IMG/VR virus record: IMGVR_UViG_3300042471_000650
Coordinates: 1-64,000 of that record
Strand: one strand, 5' to 3'
DNA length: 64,000 bases
Origin: a virus
Part shown: positions 37,000 through 46,585 of the stretch, one piece after another
How the letters are laid out: each line of letters starts with the position of its first letter
Position numbering within the stretch: position 1 is the first letter of the stretch
The notes under the pieces: generated by a model
Database searches by the model: none
What the model saw: the letters and a program-made list of their open reading frames with translations, nothing else
What the model was told of the DNA's origin: nothing
Made by a program: the position numbers and the translations under genes

Positions 37000-37129
37000 T
37001 TAAATTAATTGAACTCTACATCCGTATAGAAGGGGGGTCCACCTTTTTCTCAAAAGGCACCTTCCACGGCTCTGGGTGTCACGGTCAAAGACTCATAAAA
37101 AGAAACCCTGCTCATAACAGGGATTTTAC

Positions 37130-37181
37130 ATAATAAGTTAATATTTAGGATTTGTCAAGTATGACAGTTTGTAAAGTGGCA
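37130..37181 (-). promoter_or_regulatory. Early-type promoter with upstream palindrome
   Basis: TGCCACT-N6-ACTGTCA, 3 nt upstream of TTGACA; same geometry as 27104-27155. Confidence 0.6.
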
Positions 37182-37210
37182 CATAAATAAATTGTTATGC
37201 CTCTACACCA

Positions 37211-37315
37211 ATGGCAAAATCACCAAATAAAGGCAAGAAAGGATCTGCTGGCAGTAAGCAGAATCAAGGTAATGCGACTGCGAAAAAAGCAAAGAACGGT
37301 GGCAAGAAAAAGTGA
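37211..37315 (+). CDS. Lys/Gly-rich basic micropeptide (34 aa)
   Basis: MAKSPNKGKKGSAGSKQNQGNATAKKAKNGGKKK, downstream of ATAAATA. Confidence 0.55.
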   Translation: MAKSPNKGKKGSAGSKQNQGNATAKKAKNGGKKK

Positions 37316-37321
37316 GGTCAT

Positions 37322-37513
37322 ATGCCACGAGAGTGGAATACACCAAAGCGTGAGCCTTGGAATGCCCCCATCCATCAGATTTTAAAAGCAATTGATAATC
37401 ACACTCACGAATACTTCATGAGTGGTAATACTTGGCACCTAGAAAAAGCAGAGATATTAAGAAAATATGTTAGTGAATTAAAAACCTGGATTCATCAGCA
37501 AGAGGAAAAATGA
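37322..37513 (+). CDS. Hypothetical protein
   Basis: GAGG RBS; coupled to the next ORF. Confidence 0.6.
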   Translation: MPREWNTPKREPWNAPIHQILKAIDNHTHEYFMSGNTWHLEKAEILRKYVSELKTWIHQQEEK

Positions 37514-37749
37514 AACTCAATCTCACCAAACTAATTTTTATAGTTTGTTTTTCTGCGATTGGGTTTGTCAGTATCAATTTTATTGCTTGTAACTTTATGA
37601 TTCCAGGAACAATCAATAGAGCAAACGTAAAAGGAGAATTGAAAAATCCTCCCCCTTTAGATTGCAAAGAATCTGAAAGAAGAGGATATGAAACACTTTT
37701 AACGATATTAACTACTGTGATTGCATTAAGAACTAAAGTGGAAGATTAA
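37510..37749 (+). CDS. Small membrane protein (possible lysis accessory)
   Basis: Hydrophobic segments; converges on the lysozyme gene. Confidence 0.55.
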   Translation: MKLNLTKLIFIVCFSAIGFVSINFIACNFMIPGTINRANVKGELKNPPPLDCKESERRGYETLLTILTTVIALRTKVED

Positions 37750-38210
37750 GACATCCAAAGTTTTCCTTCAGCAATTCTTCTTCTTCGTAGTCCTGCTTCT
37801 ACTTTTGTGCCAGGATTACGATACAATTCTAGAGTCGCAGGAATACCTTTCCAATCTCTTTCTCTCAACTTTCTGGAGATCGTATTGAATCCAGGAGCAC
37901 CATAAAAATCAGCGCCAAGATTATAACTGAAAGAAAGCAGTGCTCCTTTTTGTTTGTCATTCATTTCACTCCAATAAGGAATCTTCGTTAATTTTGGAAG
38001 AAAACGATTGAGTATATCGTGCTCTAATAAACGATCAGCATAGTCTTGAGTAATAACTCTATCTCTCTTGAATGGAGTGTAGTCAAAGTCCCGAGTACTT
38101 CCCCAACCGATTGTGATTGGAAGTCCTCCAGTTAATGGATCTGGATATGCTTTTAGATGACACCCCTCAAACTCTTTAATTAATTTAATTCCGGGTGCTG
38201 GAATTTTCAT
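37746..38210 (-). CDS. Lysozyme (GH24)
   Basis: IKEFEGC.LKAYPD....PITIGWGST, FSYNLG and GLRRRR.AE motifs. Confidence 0.9.
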   Translation of the reverse strand: MKIPAPGIKLIKEFEGCHLKAYPDPLTGGLPITIGWGSTRDFDYTPFKRDRVITQDYADRLLEHDILNRFLPKLTKIPYWSEMNDKQKGALLSFSYNLGADFYGAPGFNTISRKLRERDWKGIPATLELYRNPGTKVEAGLRRRRIAEGKLWMS

Positions 38211-38908
38211 TGCTTTTTTGCGTCAAAGATTCTCCCCCAACCATCATTACCTTTAGGGCACCAGCGGCGAACTAAATCTGAACGCTTATAGACGACACCC
38301 TTACCATTTGTGACTGGACCAGTGTATCCATCATTCAGAGAACCATAAGGATCATTAATCACATAATCTTCTCCTCTTTTACCAATGACTACACATATGT
38401 GCCCACCAGTAGGTGCAGATAGAGAACCGCGATGAAGAATCCCGATACATACAGGTCTACCAGCGGCAAGCTCCCTATCAAGGTTAGCAAAAGAAAGATT
38501 GTAACTAAACTGTGACTTAATACCATAAGACGCAAGAACTTTGGTTTGAACCGTGTGATCTGTCGTGTCACCAATTGCGAAAACCTTGCGAATATATGCA
38601 TCATCGCCCTTTGGTCCAGAAAGTGTGCCTGGTTTAAAGTATTCTAATACCATTGCACAAGAAGATGAATTACAGGTTCTGTTCGCATCTCTGTAATTAT
38701 CTGTCTGTGGATAAAAAGGAACGTCAAGAACGCCAGGAGTCTTTGGTGCTTCTACTTTGGATCTAAAAATTCTCACCCAATTTGCATCATCATCCATTAA
38801 GTCTTCTGCTTTTGCCAGAAGATCCTTTTCAAGTTGCTCTACTGCCGCAACGTGCTTTGGATTCTTCTCATCATAAAATCTAAAGAAGTTATGAAGATCG
38901 ATTTGCAT
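38207..38908 (-). CDS. C39-like cysteine peptidase
   Basis: VPFYPQTDN...CNSSSCAM, GHI and NDPYG motifs. Confidence 0.8.
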   Translation of the reverse strand: MQIDLHNFFRFYDEKNPKHVAAVEQLEKDLLAKAEDLMDDDANWVRIFRSKVEAPKTPGVLDVPFYPQTDNYRDANRTCNSSSCAMVLEYFKPGTLSGPKGDDAYIRKVFAIGDTTDHTVQTKVLASYGIKSQFSYNLSFANLDRELAAGRPVCIGILHRGSLSAPTGGHICVVIGKRGEDYVINDPYGSLNDGYTGPVTNGKGVVYKRSDLVRRWCPKGNDGWGRIFDAKKQ

Positions 38909-38909
38909 T

Positions 38910-39086
38910 TTATTCTCCGATATATTCTAATGAAAAAATATCATGCTCTGGAATATCAGGATTCAACCATTCACTAAACTCAGATTGAATTGAATGTGCA
39001 TCTTCTAGATCTTTTTCACTCAAATAATGAATACGATCAATTGCCCAATCATGAGAAGTTTTGAGGGTTTGTTCCAAAGTCACCAT
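38910..39086 (-). CDS. Small acidic hypothetical protein
   Basis: Likely start MVTLEQTL within the longer ORF-track call. Confidence 0.5.
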   Translation of the reverse strand: MVTLEQTLKTSHDWAIDRIHYLSEKDLEDAHSIQSEFSEWLNPDIPEHDIFSLEYIGE

Positions 39087-39170
39087 AGTATTTAGAGTTT
39101 GATGGGTTTTTTTAAGTCTATCACTTTTAGGTATGAAAGGCAAGTCTAAATAGGAAAATAAGGTATGCTT

Positions 39171-39596
39171 ATGAATTGGCAATATAATGGTGAGGTCTTT
39201 ACTGAAGTTCCCAAAGGAATGGAAGGATTTGTTTACATAATTACGAATCTTACGAACAATAAAAAATACATTGGTAAAAAACATTTTTGGACAAGGCAGA
39301 AAGATAGAAAAACTGGACGTAGAAAAACTTTAGAAAGTGATTGGAAAAATTACTTTGGTTCTTGTGATGAATTAAATGAGGACGTTAAGACTTTGGGTAA
39401 AGAACACTTTCTTCGTGAAATCCTATATCTTTGTCCTCATAAGAAGTCAATGAGTTATTATGAAACCTATGAACAGTTTAAAAGAAATGTTTTATTAAGT
39501 GAAGACTATTATAATACAAATATTGGCGGTACTTTTTATATGAGTGAGTCTGAAAGAATTTATGGTGCGGTCCTTAAGAGCTCAAAGTATTATTAA
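39171..39596 (+). CDS. GIY-YIG nuclease-family protein
   Basis: GFVYIITN..NNKKYIGKK, YFGS and YYNTNIGG motifs. Confidence 0.8.
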   Translation: MNWQYNGEVFTEVPKGMEGFVYIITNLTNNKKYIGKKHFWTRQKDRKTGRRKTLESDWKNYFGSCDELNEDVKTLGKEHFLREILYLCPHKKSMSYYETYEQFKRNVLLSEDYYNTNIGGTFYMSESERIYGAVLKSSKYY

Positions 39597-39684
39597 ATAT
39601 AACTTATCTTCAACGGAGACAAACCTAGTCTAGCAATAAAAAAGCACCCTGTCAAGAGGGTGCTTTGAATTATGTTAGGATTTA

Positions 39685-40824
39685 TCAATCCTTCTTTGGC
39701 ATTTTAGCGCCAGTTTTATGTCTTTCAACACCTGCAGAATCCCTATAGGTTTCACTTTCTCTTCTTGGTGTTACATAACCAACTCCAGGAACCGCACCAG
39801 TTTGTCCAGCATCTCTAGCAGCATTTCTTGCTGCTGCTCTTTGTGCTGCTCTCTTACGATTTCTATCGTATTTTGCATCTTCATTAATAACTTCTTCGAC
39901 AATATCACGGATGACTTCTGCATCCATTTCCATCATTACATAGAGTGCTTCATCTACAGTCTCTACGTGCCCGTTGTCGATGAGATACTCAAGGACTAAA
40001 TCAAAAGCATCATACTCATAGGACTGGTTTAGCATCTTCTCTCTAGCGGTCTGCCTAGGCGCTACAGGGGTTGGTTTGGGGGTTGCAGCAAGGGCAGCGG
40101 TCTGCTTAACTTCAGGTGCTTTAAATGCTTTTGCACCTGCTTCCTGACCCGCTGATTGAATTTTAGCGGTCGTGCCAGCAGACTTTGCTGCTTGAAGTGC
40201 TTTTTCTGCAGAAGCACCAGATGCTCTTGCTGCTTGTGCTGCCTTTAATTCAGCAGAAGTTGGTGTTCTTCTTTCGAATGAAGTTTTGCCCAACATTCCG
40301 GTTGCAGGTTTTGCAGATGCTGCAGGTCTAGTAGGGGCAACTTTAGCAGCAGCAGGGGCAGCTGCAGGTCTTGCAGGAGTGCCGGCTGCAGGTCTTGGTG
40401 CTGCAGGGGCGCCAGCAGGTCTTGGTGCTGCAGGGGCGCCAGCAGGTCTTGGTGCTGCAGGGGCGCCAGCAGGTTTTGCTTTTAAATTTTGAGCTCCTTG
40501 TTTAAAAACTGATTGAAAAGTTGCTCCAGGCTTGAGCAATGCCGCTCTTCCGCCGCCTGCGGCAAATGTTCTTTGCAGTCCAGATTTCGTAGCTTCTGAT
40601 CCAAGATCTTTTAATTGTTGCTGATTTAATTTAATTTCTTCTAGATATGCCTCATACATCTCTTCCCAAGTATACTCACTCAAATCATAACCTTCTTCTA
40701 AAAGTGAGTTGACCCAGTTTTCAACTTCTTCCCAAATTTGCTCTTCAGTGATTTCTTGTGGCGCATAAATTGCAGCATATGCTTCCATCAAACTCTTTGC
40801 TTCACTGCCAGTAATTCTAGACAT
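39685..40824 (-). CDS. Late low-complexity protein with acidic terminal modules
   Basis: Ala/Pro/Lys-rich core; TATAAATA upstream. Confidence 0.75.
   Translation of the reverse strand: MSRITGSEAKSLMEAYAAIYAPQEITEEQIWEEVENWVNSLLEEGYDLSEYTWEEMYEAYLEEIKLNQQQLKDLGSEATKSGLQRTFAAGGGRAALLKPGATFQSVFKQGAQNLKAKPAGAPAAPRPAGAPAAPRPAGAPAAPRPAAGTPARPAAAPAAAKVAPTRPAASAKPATGMLGKTSFERRTPTSAELKAAQAARASGASAEKALQAAKSAGTTAKIQSAGQEAGAKAFKAPEVKQTAALAATPKPTPVAPRQTAREKMLNQSYEYDAFDLVLEYLIDNGHVETVDEALYVMMEMDAEVIRDIVEEVINEDAKYDRNRKRAAQRAAARNAARDAGQTGAVPGVGYVTPRRESETYRDSAGVERHKTGAKMPKKD
40388..40474. repeat. 27-bp perfect tandem repeat, 3.2 copies (encodes PAGAPAAPR)
   Basis: GCAGGTCTTGGTGCTGCAGGGGCGCCA starting at 40388, 40415 and 40442. 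Confidence 0.95.
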
Positions 40825-40882
40825 TTCTTCTTTGTAATGCTTTTATAAATTTATTTATAAAAAAAGAGGGTCTTAACGACCC

Positions 40883-41029
40883 TCAATAAACATCATTACC
40901 TTCTGCTTCTTTCCAAATATAGGAATAATCAAAGTCTCCAAATAAAAACTTATCGGATTCTGCTGCTTCTTTATAAGCATTTTTCATTGCTTCAATATCC
41001 CATTCTATGTTGGGACTTTCAGTATTCAT
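40883..41029 (-). CDS. Small acidic hypothetical protein (48 aa)
   Basis: ATGA overlap with the nrdB stop. Confidence 0.5.
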   Translation of the reverse strand: MNTESPNIEWDIEAMKNAYKEAAESDKFLFGDFDYSYIWKEAEGNDVY

Positions 41030-42207
41030 AGTTTAAACCCAGCAAAAGTATCATTCTTCATATCTTGCTTAATGCCACCAATCAAATATTGTTCAATTTC
41101 TACTTCTTGGGGGGCATTTTGAAGACTTCGGGAATTTAACCAGTGGTCCGTCCACGGAAGTGGATTATTCTTTGCGGAAACATCATAAAGTGGTTTGAGT
41201 CCGATTGCTTTCATTCTGCGATTGGCAACCCATTCAACATATTGCTGAAGAAGTTTATCATTTAAACCAATCATTGATCCATTTTTAAACAGATATTCTG
41301 CCCAAAGTTTTTCTTGATTGACTGCCTTCTCAAAGGTCTTATAAACCCACTGTTCCTCTTCTTGTGAGATTTTCTTCATATCGGGGTCATCACCCTCTTT
41401 CCATTTGTTTAGAATGTTTTGTGTGATGACCAAATGTTGACTTTCATCTCTTGCAATTAGAGAAATTATCTTTGCACTTCCTTCCATAAGTTTGAGCTCG
41501 CCAAATGCAAAACTGCAAGCGAAACTGACATAAAAGCGAATACCTTCAAGAATATTAACATTTGCAACTGCTCTGAACAATTTTCTTTTAAGTTCATATC
41601 TTGTTTCTTGTGCGGTGGGAACTTGTTCTAACGCATGAATCCAATCATTAGATGTTCCATATTGTTGGGCACAGTTGATAAAATCATTATAAGATTCAGT
41701 AACACTTACCGCCCTTTCCATTATGCGGTCGTCTTTAAGAATCGTATCGAAAACTTCAGAGGGATCCGAATAAACATTTTTAATAATGTATGTATAAGAT
41801 CTGGAATGAATCATTTCCATGAATTCCCAGACCTTCATACACGCTTCTAATTCGGGAAGAGAACAATATGGCGCAAATGCCATACCAGGACCACGACCTT
41901 GAACTGAATCAAGCATAATCTGATATTTTAAGTTACTCGTAAAAATATGTTTTTGTTCTGGACGAAGAGTTTGATAGTCCCCCCTGTCCTTTTGTAAGGA
42001 AATTTCTTCAGGTCTCCAAAAGTAACCTAATTGTTGTTGAGTTAATTTATCAAAAACTGGATATTTGTATTGGTCATAACGTTGTAGACCTAATGGTTGT
42101 CCAAAAAACATTGGTTGCTTTTTAGTATCTACCTCTTGAGAATTGAAAACGGTCATTGATTCGACCATTGATTTCTCCTCTGAATTTTTTCTGAAATTAA
42201 AAACCAT
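41026..42207 (-). CDS. nrdB: Ribonucleotide reductase class Ia beta subunit
   Basis: FWRPEEI, EMIHSRSY, EGIRFYVSFAC and RDESQH motifs. Confidence 0.97.
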   Translation of the reverse strand: MVFNFRKNSEEKSMVESMTVFNSQEVDTKKQPMFFGQPLGLQRYDQYKYPVFDKLTQQQLGYFWRPEEISLQKDRGDYQTLRPEQKHIFTSNLKYQIMLDSVQGRGPGMAFAPYCSLPELEACMKVWEFMEMIHSRSYTYIIKNVYSDPSEVFDTILKDDRIMERAVSVTESYNDFINCAQQYGTSNDWIHALEQVPTAQETRYELKRKLFRAVANVNILEGIRFYVSFACSFAFGELKLMEGSAKIISLIARDESQHLVITQNILNKWKEGDDPDMKKISQEEEQWVYKTFEKAVNQEKLWAEYLFKNGSMIGLNDKLLQQYVEWVANRRMKAIGLKPLYDVSAKNNPLPWTDHWLNSRSLQNAPQEVEIEQYLIGGIKQDMKNDTFAGFKL

Positions 42208-42256
42208 ACTTCCCTCAATAGATTAACTTTAACTCACACTGTAATATTTAACTGAA

Positions 42257-44557
42257 TCAGATTTTGCAACTTTCGCAATCTTCTTCACCACTTTCCATAA
42301 TGTCATCAAGAAGTGATTGCAATTCTTGCTTGGAATCTTCAACTACTTCATCGGTCTTAATATCGTAAGTATTCTGATAGTATGAAGTCTTCCAACCATA
42401 ACGATAAGTAGTCAACAAGTCATTTGCCATTACGCTAACAGGGACTTCATTATCTGGATAATTTTGCGGGTTATAGGACCAGTTTCCACTAATCGCTTGA
42501 TCGAAGAATTTTTGCATAACAGCAACAATATTGATGTAACCACTATTGCTAGGCATATCCCAAAGAAGTGTATAATTGTTCTTAAGTGTTTGATACTGGG
42601 GAACAATTTGCTTAAGGGGACCTTTCTTGGACTTCTTAACGGACAGGTATCCTCTAGGTGGTTCGATTCCGTTGGTTGCGTTTGACACAACGGAACTGCT
42701 CTCCGATGGCATCTGTGCGGACAGTGTTGAGTTCCGTACTCCATACTGCTTAACCTGCTCCCGTAATGACTCCCAATCATACTTAAGTTCGTTAGGTACA
42801 ATCTCATCTACATCTTTCTTGTAAGTATCTATAGGAAGAATTCCTTGAGCATATTTTGTTCGATTAGAATACTCGCAAGGTCCTTTTTCTCTGGCAAGTC
42901 TTACGGTTGCCTGAATCAAATAATACTGAAATGCTTCGGTAAGATCGTGTACTAGTTTCCAAGCGCCAGGATCGTCGTAATGCTCCCCGTGCTTGGCGAG
43001 ATAGTGTGCAAGACCAATATAACCAACCCCAAGAGAACGACGTGCTCTAGTGGCGATTTCTGCTGCTCTGACGGGATATCCCTGAAAATCAATAAGTTCG
43101 TCAAGACTCCTAACTGTAAGGTCACAGAGACTCTCTAATTCGTCATTTGATTTTAATTTACCAACATTGATGGCAGAAAGAATACAAAGAGCAATTTCAC
43201 CATCAGGATCATCAATATGCTGAATGGGTTTTGTGGGAAGAGTAATTTCTTGACAGAGATTGCTCATCTCAACTTTATCCATAAAGGATGAGTGGGAGTT
43301 GCAATGGTCAATATTCATAATGTAAATACGACCAGTTTCAGCACGTTCTTTCAGGAGGTCCAGAAAGAGTTCTTGAGCGCCGATAGTTTTTCTTGGAATA
43401 GACTCATCTCGTTCATAACGAAGATATAACTCGTCAAATCCATCAGTGCCAAAAGCATCATACAGACCAGGAACAGCGTGGGGAGAGAAGAGTGAGACTT
43501 CTTCGTTACGGATGAATCGTTCATAGAACAGTTTGGAGATTTGGATGGAGTAGTCTAACTTACGAACACGGTTATCTTCAGTTCCTTTGTTATTTTTTAG
43601 TACTAGGATATCTTCGATTTCTTGGTGCCAGATTGGAAAGTGGACAGTAGCACTTCCACCACGAATCCCGTTTTGTGTACAACATCTGACAGTTGCCTCA
43701 AACTTTTTGAGGAATGGGACAACACCAGTATGCTGAACTTCTCCGCCTCTGATTTTAGCGTTGATACCCCGGATGCGACCTGCGTTGATGCCAATTCCTG
43801 CTCTTTGAGCAACATAGCGACCAATTGCCATATCAGAGCTGAAGATGCTATCAAGGGTGTCATCAACATCAACAAGAACGCAACTTGCATATTGACGAAG
43901 TGGGGTTCTAACACCTGCCATGATTGGCGTAGGAATGTTGATTTTGTGCTTTGAGATTGCGTCATAATACTTCTTAACGTAATCTAGACGGGTTTCTTTA
44001 GGATACTTTGAAAAGATAGTCGCCGCAATCAAAAGATACATGAATTGTGGCGTTTCATAAAGATTGCCAGTGCTTCTATCTTGTACAAGATACTTGTCTA
44101 CAACTTGACGAAGACCGGCATAAGTAAACAGATAATCACGTCCATGATCTATAAAACTCTCAAGTTTTTCAAATTCTTCTTCAGAATAAAGATCTAGAAT
44201 TTCAGCATCATAGACTCCCTTCTCAACACACCTCTTCGTATGCTCCAATACAGTTGAGTTGTCATACATTCTTCCAAAAATTTGCTTGCGAATCGCAAAC
44301 AAAAGAAGACGAGCAGCAACAAACTGATAATTGGGATGCTCAAGATCAATCAAATCAGAAGCAGATCGAATCAGAATCTCTTGAATCTCTCCAGTAGTAA
44401 TTCCATTATAAAATTGAATTCCAGACTGCATTTCAACTTGTGAAGCAGAAACTCCAGCAAGATCTTTACACGCCTCTTCAACCATTACATGAAGTTTGTT
44501 TAGATTGAGAGATTCAGTATCACCACTTCTTTTAACAACTTTTGTTCCGTTACTCAT
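42257..44557 (-). CDS. nrdA: Ribonucleotide reductase class Ia alpha subunit
   Basis: ATP cone, SCVL, SNLCQEI and C-terminal CESC. Confidence 0.97.
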   Translation of the reverse strand: MSNGTKVVKRSGDTESLNLNKLHVMVEEACKDLAGVSASQVEMQSGIQFYNGITTGEIQEILIRSASDLIDLEHPNYQFVAARLLLFAIRKQIFGRMYDNSTVLEHTKRCVEKGVYDAEILDLYSEEEFEKLESFIDHGRDYLFTYAGLRQVVDKYLVQDRSTGNLYETPQFMYLLIAATIFSKYPKETRLDYVKKYYDAISKHKINIPTPIMAGVRTPLRQYASCVLVDVDDTLDSIFSSDMAIGRYVAQRAGIGINAGRIRGINAKIRGGEVQHTGVVPFLKKFEATVRCCTQNGIRGGSATVHFPIWHQEIEDILVLKNNKGTEDNRVRKLDYSIQISKLFYERFIRNEEVSLFSPHAVPGLYDAFGTDGFDELYLRYERDESIPRKTIGAQELFLDLLKERAETGRIYIMNIDHCNSHSSFMDKVEMSNLCQEITLPTKPIQHIDDPDGEIALCILSAINVGKLKSNDELESLCDLTVRSLDELIDFQGYPVRAAEIATRARRSLGVGYIGLAHYLAKHGEHYDDPGAWKLVHDLTEAFQYYLIQATVRLAREKGPCEYSNRTKYAQGILPIDTYKKDVDEIVPNELKYDWESLREQVKQYGVRNSTLSAQMPSESSSVVSNATNGIEPPRGYLSVKKSKKGPLKQIVPQYQTLKNNYTLLWDMPSNSGYINIVAVMQKFFDQAISGNWSYNPQNYPDNEVPVSVMANDLLTTYRYGWKTSYYQNTYDIKTDEVVEDSKQELQSLLDDIMESGEEDCESCKI

Positions 44558-45525
44558 ACCTTTTTCCAATTGTTGAATTTAATTTTTGCTTCTAAACCAA
44601 TGTGTGTATTTGATTTTAACATATCCATAACGTTATGTCCAGCGAGTACAAGGTCATTAATATCCTTTTCCTTTAGGTTACTGGACCAAATCACTACTTT
44701 GTCACCTCTGTCGATGGTCTTTGATATTCGGTTGACGATTTCTCTATTGCGTGGTTCATTATCAAAGACGTAAATATAATCGCGCCAACCAAACGACCTA
44801 ATATCAATGTCGGACCCACACATAGCAACAGCATTTTCGATAAACGTGGAGTCGAAAGGTCCTTCAACGATGTAAATGGATTTTGATGAATCCACTTTTT
44901 CAAGTCCGTAAATTTTTGGCGCATCATCAGAAAGCATCACGGTGATGTATTTATTTGGAGAGGGTCCAAGTGCTCTTCCCTGAAATCCTATCAAATTATA
45001 GTCTTTATCATACATTGGTATAATAATGCGACTCTCATCCCTAGTGATAGTGTTAAAAGTTTGTTTTTGCGTGTTTACCCACTGCTTAAATTTGTCAGCG
45101 AAATAAAACTTTTCCGGATCTACTTTTCGCCTTTCCAAATATTCTTTGGCAATTGGAATTTCCGATGCTTTAGGTAAATCAAGTTTCTTTTTAAAAACTG
45201 GTTTGTCAAAATCAAACTTTGGTTCCTCAACCACAAAGTTTTTGCCAGTATGCCCCTCCTTAAACTTCTCCATAATATACTGCTTATGAAGAGTTGAATC
45301 AAGTTCTTTAAGAAAGTTATTAAATGACAAACTTGCACCACAATTGTGACACTTGAAGTTTGTATTATTTTTGACTTGATAAAAATATCCCCTTGTCTTA
45401 CTTTTATTTTTCTGGGAATCGCCACAAAGAGGGCAGCGGAAGTTATAGAGATCTGCCTTAACTCTCTTAAATTTTTGAAGACGCGAAGATACGAGTCCAA
45501 TATACTTGGAGTCAATCAGATCCAT
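44554..45525 (-). CDS. DNA primase (gp61)
   Basis: FRCPLCGDS..KCHNC zinc finger, EGPFDS and DNEPRN motifs. Confidence 0.95.
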   Translation of the reverse strand: MDLIDSKYIGLVSSRLQKFKRVKADLYNFRCPLCGDSQKNKSKTRGYFYQVKNNTNFKCHNCGASLSFNNFLKELDSTLHKQYIMEKFKEGHTGKNFVVEEPKFDFDKPVFKKKLDLPKASEIPIAKEYLERRKVDPEKFYFADKFKQWVNTQKQTFNTITRDESRIIIPMYDKDYNLIGFQGRALGPSPNKYITVMLSDDAPKIYGLEKVDSSKSIYIVEGPFDSTFIENAVAMCGSDIDIRSFGWRDYIYVFDNEPRNREIVNRISKTIDRGDKVVIWSSNLKEKDINDLVLAGHNVMDMLKSNTHIGLEAKIKFNNWKKV

Positions 45526-45538
45526 TATAAAGAGGTTA

Positions 45539-45952
45539 TTATTTCGTGCTCTCTATTCTAACAGGTTGTGAGTCTGGTGTCAATATATCTACAACCATAT
45601 GGGATTGTGAAACTGCAAAAGAAACTACAACAGCAATTCCAACAACAATCCAACGAAACTTTGCAATATCTTCAACTTTCATTTCCAATGCTTTAATTCT
45701 ATCTGTTACACCCTTATGCTGATCTCTATTTTCATCCTTCAATTCACCAATCATTTTAGAAATCATCTCATCCGTTTTACCACACTGCTCAATTTTTTCA
45801 TCATGAACTGCCAGCATCTTACTGATGTTTTGACTGGTTTTACCCATAATTTGAATTGCTTCATCAATCTTTTTTAGCAAAAGTTCGTATGATGAAAGAC
45901 GCTCTTCTAATACAGCAATTTTGGTGTCGGATGAGGTGTTTTGATTAAACAT
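45539..45952 (-). CDS. Coiled-coil membrane protein
   Basis: Heptad region plus a C-terminal TM segment. Confidence 0.65.
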   Translation of the reverse strand: MFNQNTSSDTKIAVLEERLSSYELLLKKIDEAIQIMGKTSQNISKMLAVHDEKIEQCGKTDEMISKMIGELKDENRDQHKGVTDRIKALEMKVEDIAKFRWIVVGIAVVVSFAVSQSHMVVDILTPDSQPVRIESTK

Positions 45953-45995
45953 TTTTCTTTCTGGTAAGATTTGCTCATAACAAATCTAATACTAT

Positions 45996-46205
45996 TTATT
46001 TACCCTTCAAATACTGCAACCACCACTTACGTGATCCTCTTCCACCTTTTGCATATCTCTTTTTTTTCTTTGAAGGGAACACTGGAGGAGTACCGGTGTT
46101 GATATTATATCCAAGAGATTTTTCACCATCGCCAACCACGTTTGCAATCTCACCTTCTTCTTTAAGGGTATGAATAATTTGAATTAGTTTATCTAGTTTA
46201 TTCAT
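45996..46205 (-). CDS. Small basic hypothetical protein
   Basis: ORF track; coupled to the upstream gene. Confidence 0.6.
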   Translation of the reverse strand: MNKLDKLIQIIHTLKEEGEIANVVGDGEKSLGYNINTGTPPVFPSKKKKRYAKGGRGSRKWWLQYLKGK

Positions 46206-46576
46206 TAGATTGTTTGCAAATGTGCTAGACAGTCTTCATCTTCTTTAATATTATGCATCTGCGTTTTTGGATATTCCGGAAACCGATTCAGAAATAAAAG
46301 AAAACTTTTTATTGCTGGCCAAAGATCACTATCTAAATTATAAAACAATAATGGGACAGCAGCATCATTAAAGACATTGAAAAGTATTGTCAAGTGATTC
46401 AAAATAAGGTGAGTTCTAAGCTCACCTGTATTTTTATATTTTTTCAACAACCTTTTCACATAACGAATTCGCTTCAAGTCAGATTGAAAATCCTCCATCG
46501 TAAGTGCTTGAGGATTGTCATAAAATTTTATAGCAAATAACAAATAATTGTCTTCATTCAATTCATCAAATCTCAT
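46205..46576 (-). CDS. Conserved T4-like hypothetical protein
   Basis: YDNP...EDFQSDLKRIRYVKRL...LILNH. Confidence 0.7.
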   Translation of the reverse strand: MRFDELNEDNYLLFAIKFYDNPQALTMEDFQSDLKRIRYVKRLLKKYKNTGELRTHLILNHLTILFNVFNDAAVPLLFYNLDSDLWPAIKSFLLFLNRFPEYPKTQMHNIKEDEDCLAHLQTI

Positions 46577-46585
46577 ACCATATTA

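Noticed and set aside
40388-40474. Possible CRISPR array
   Set aside because: The repeats are contiguous with no spacers, lie in frame within a CDS, and no cas genes are present.
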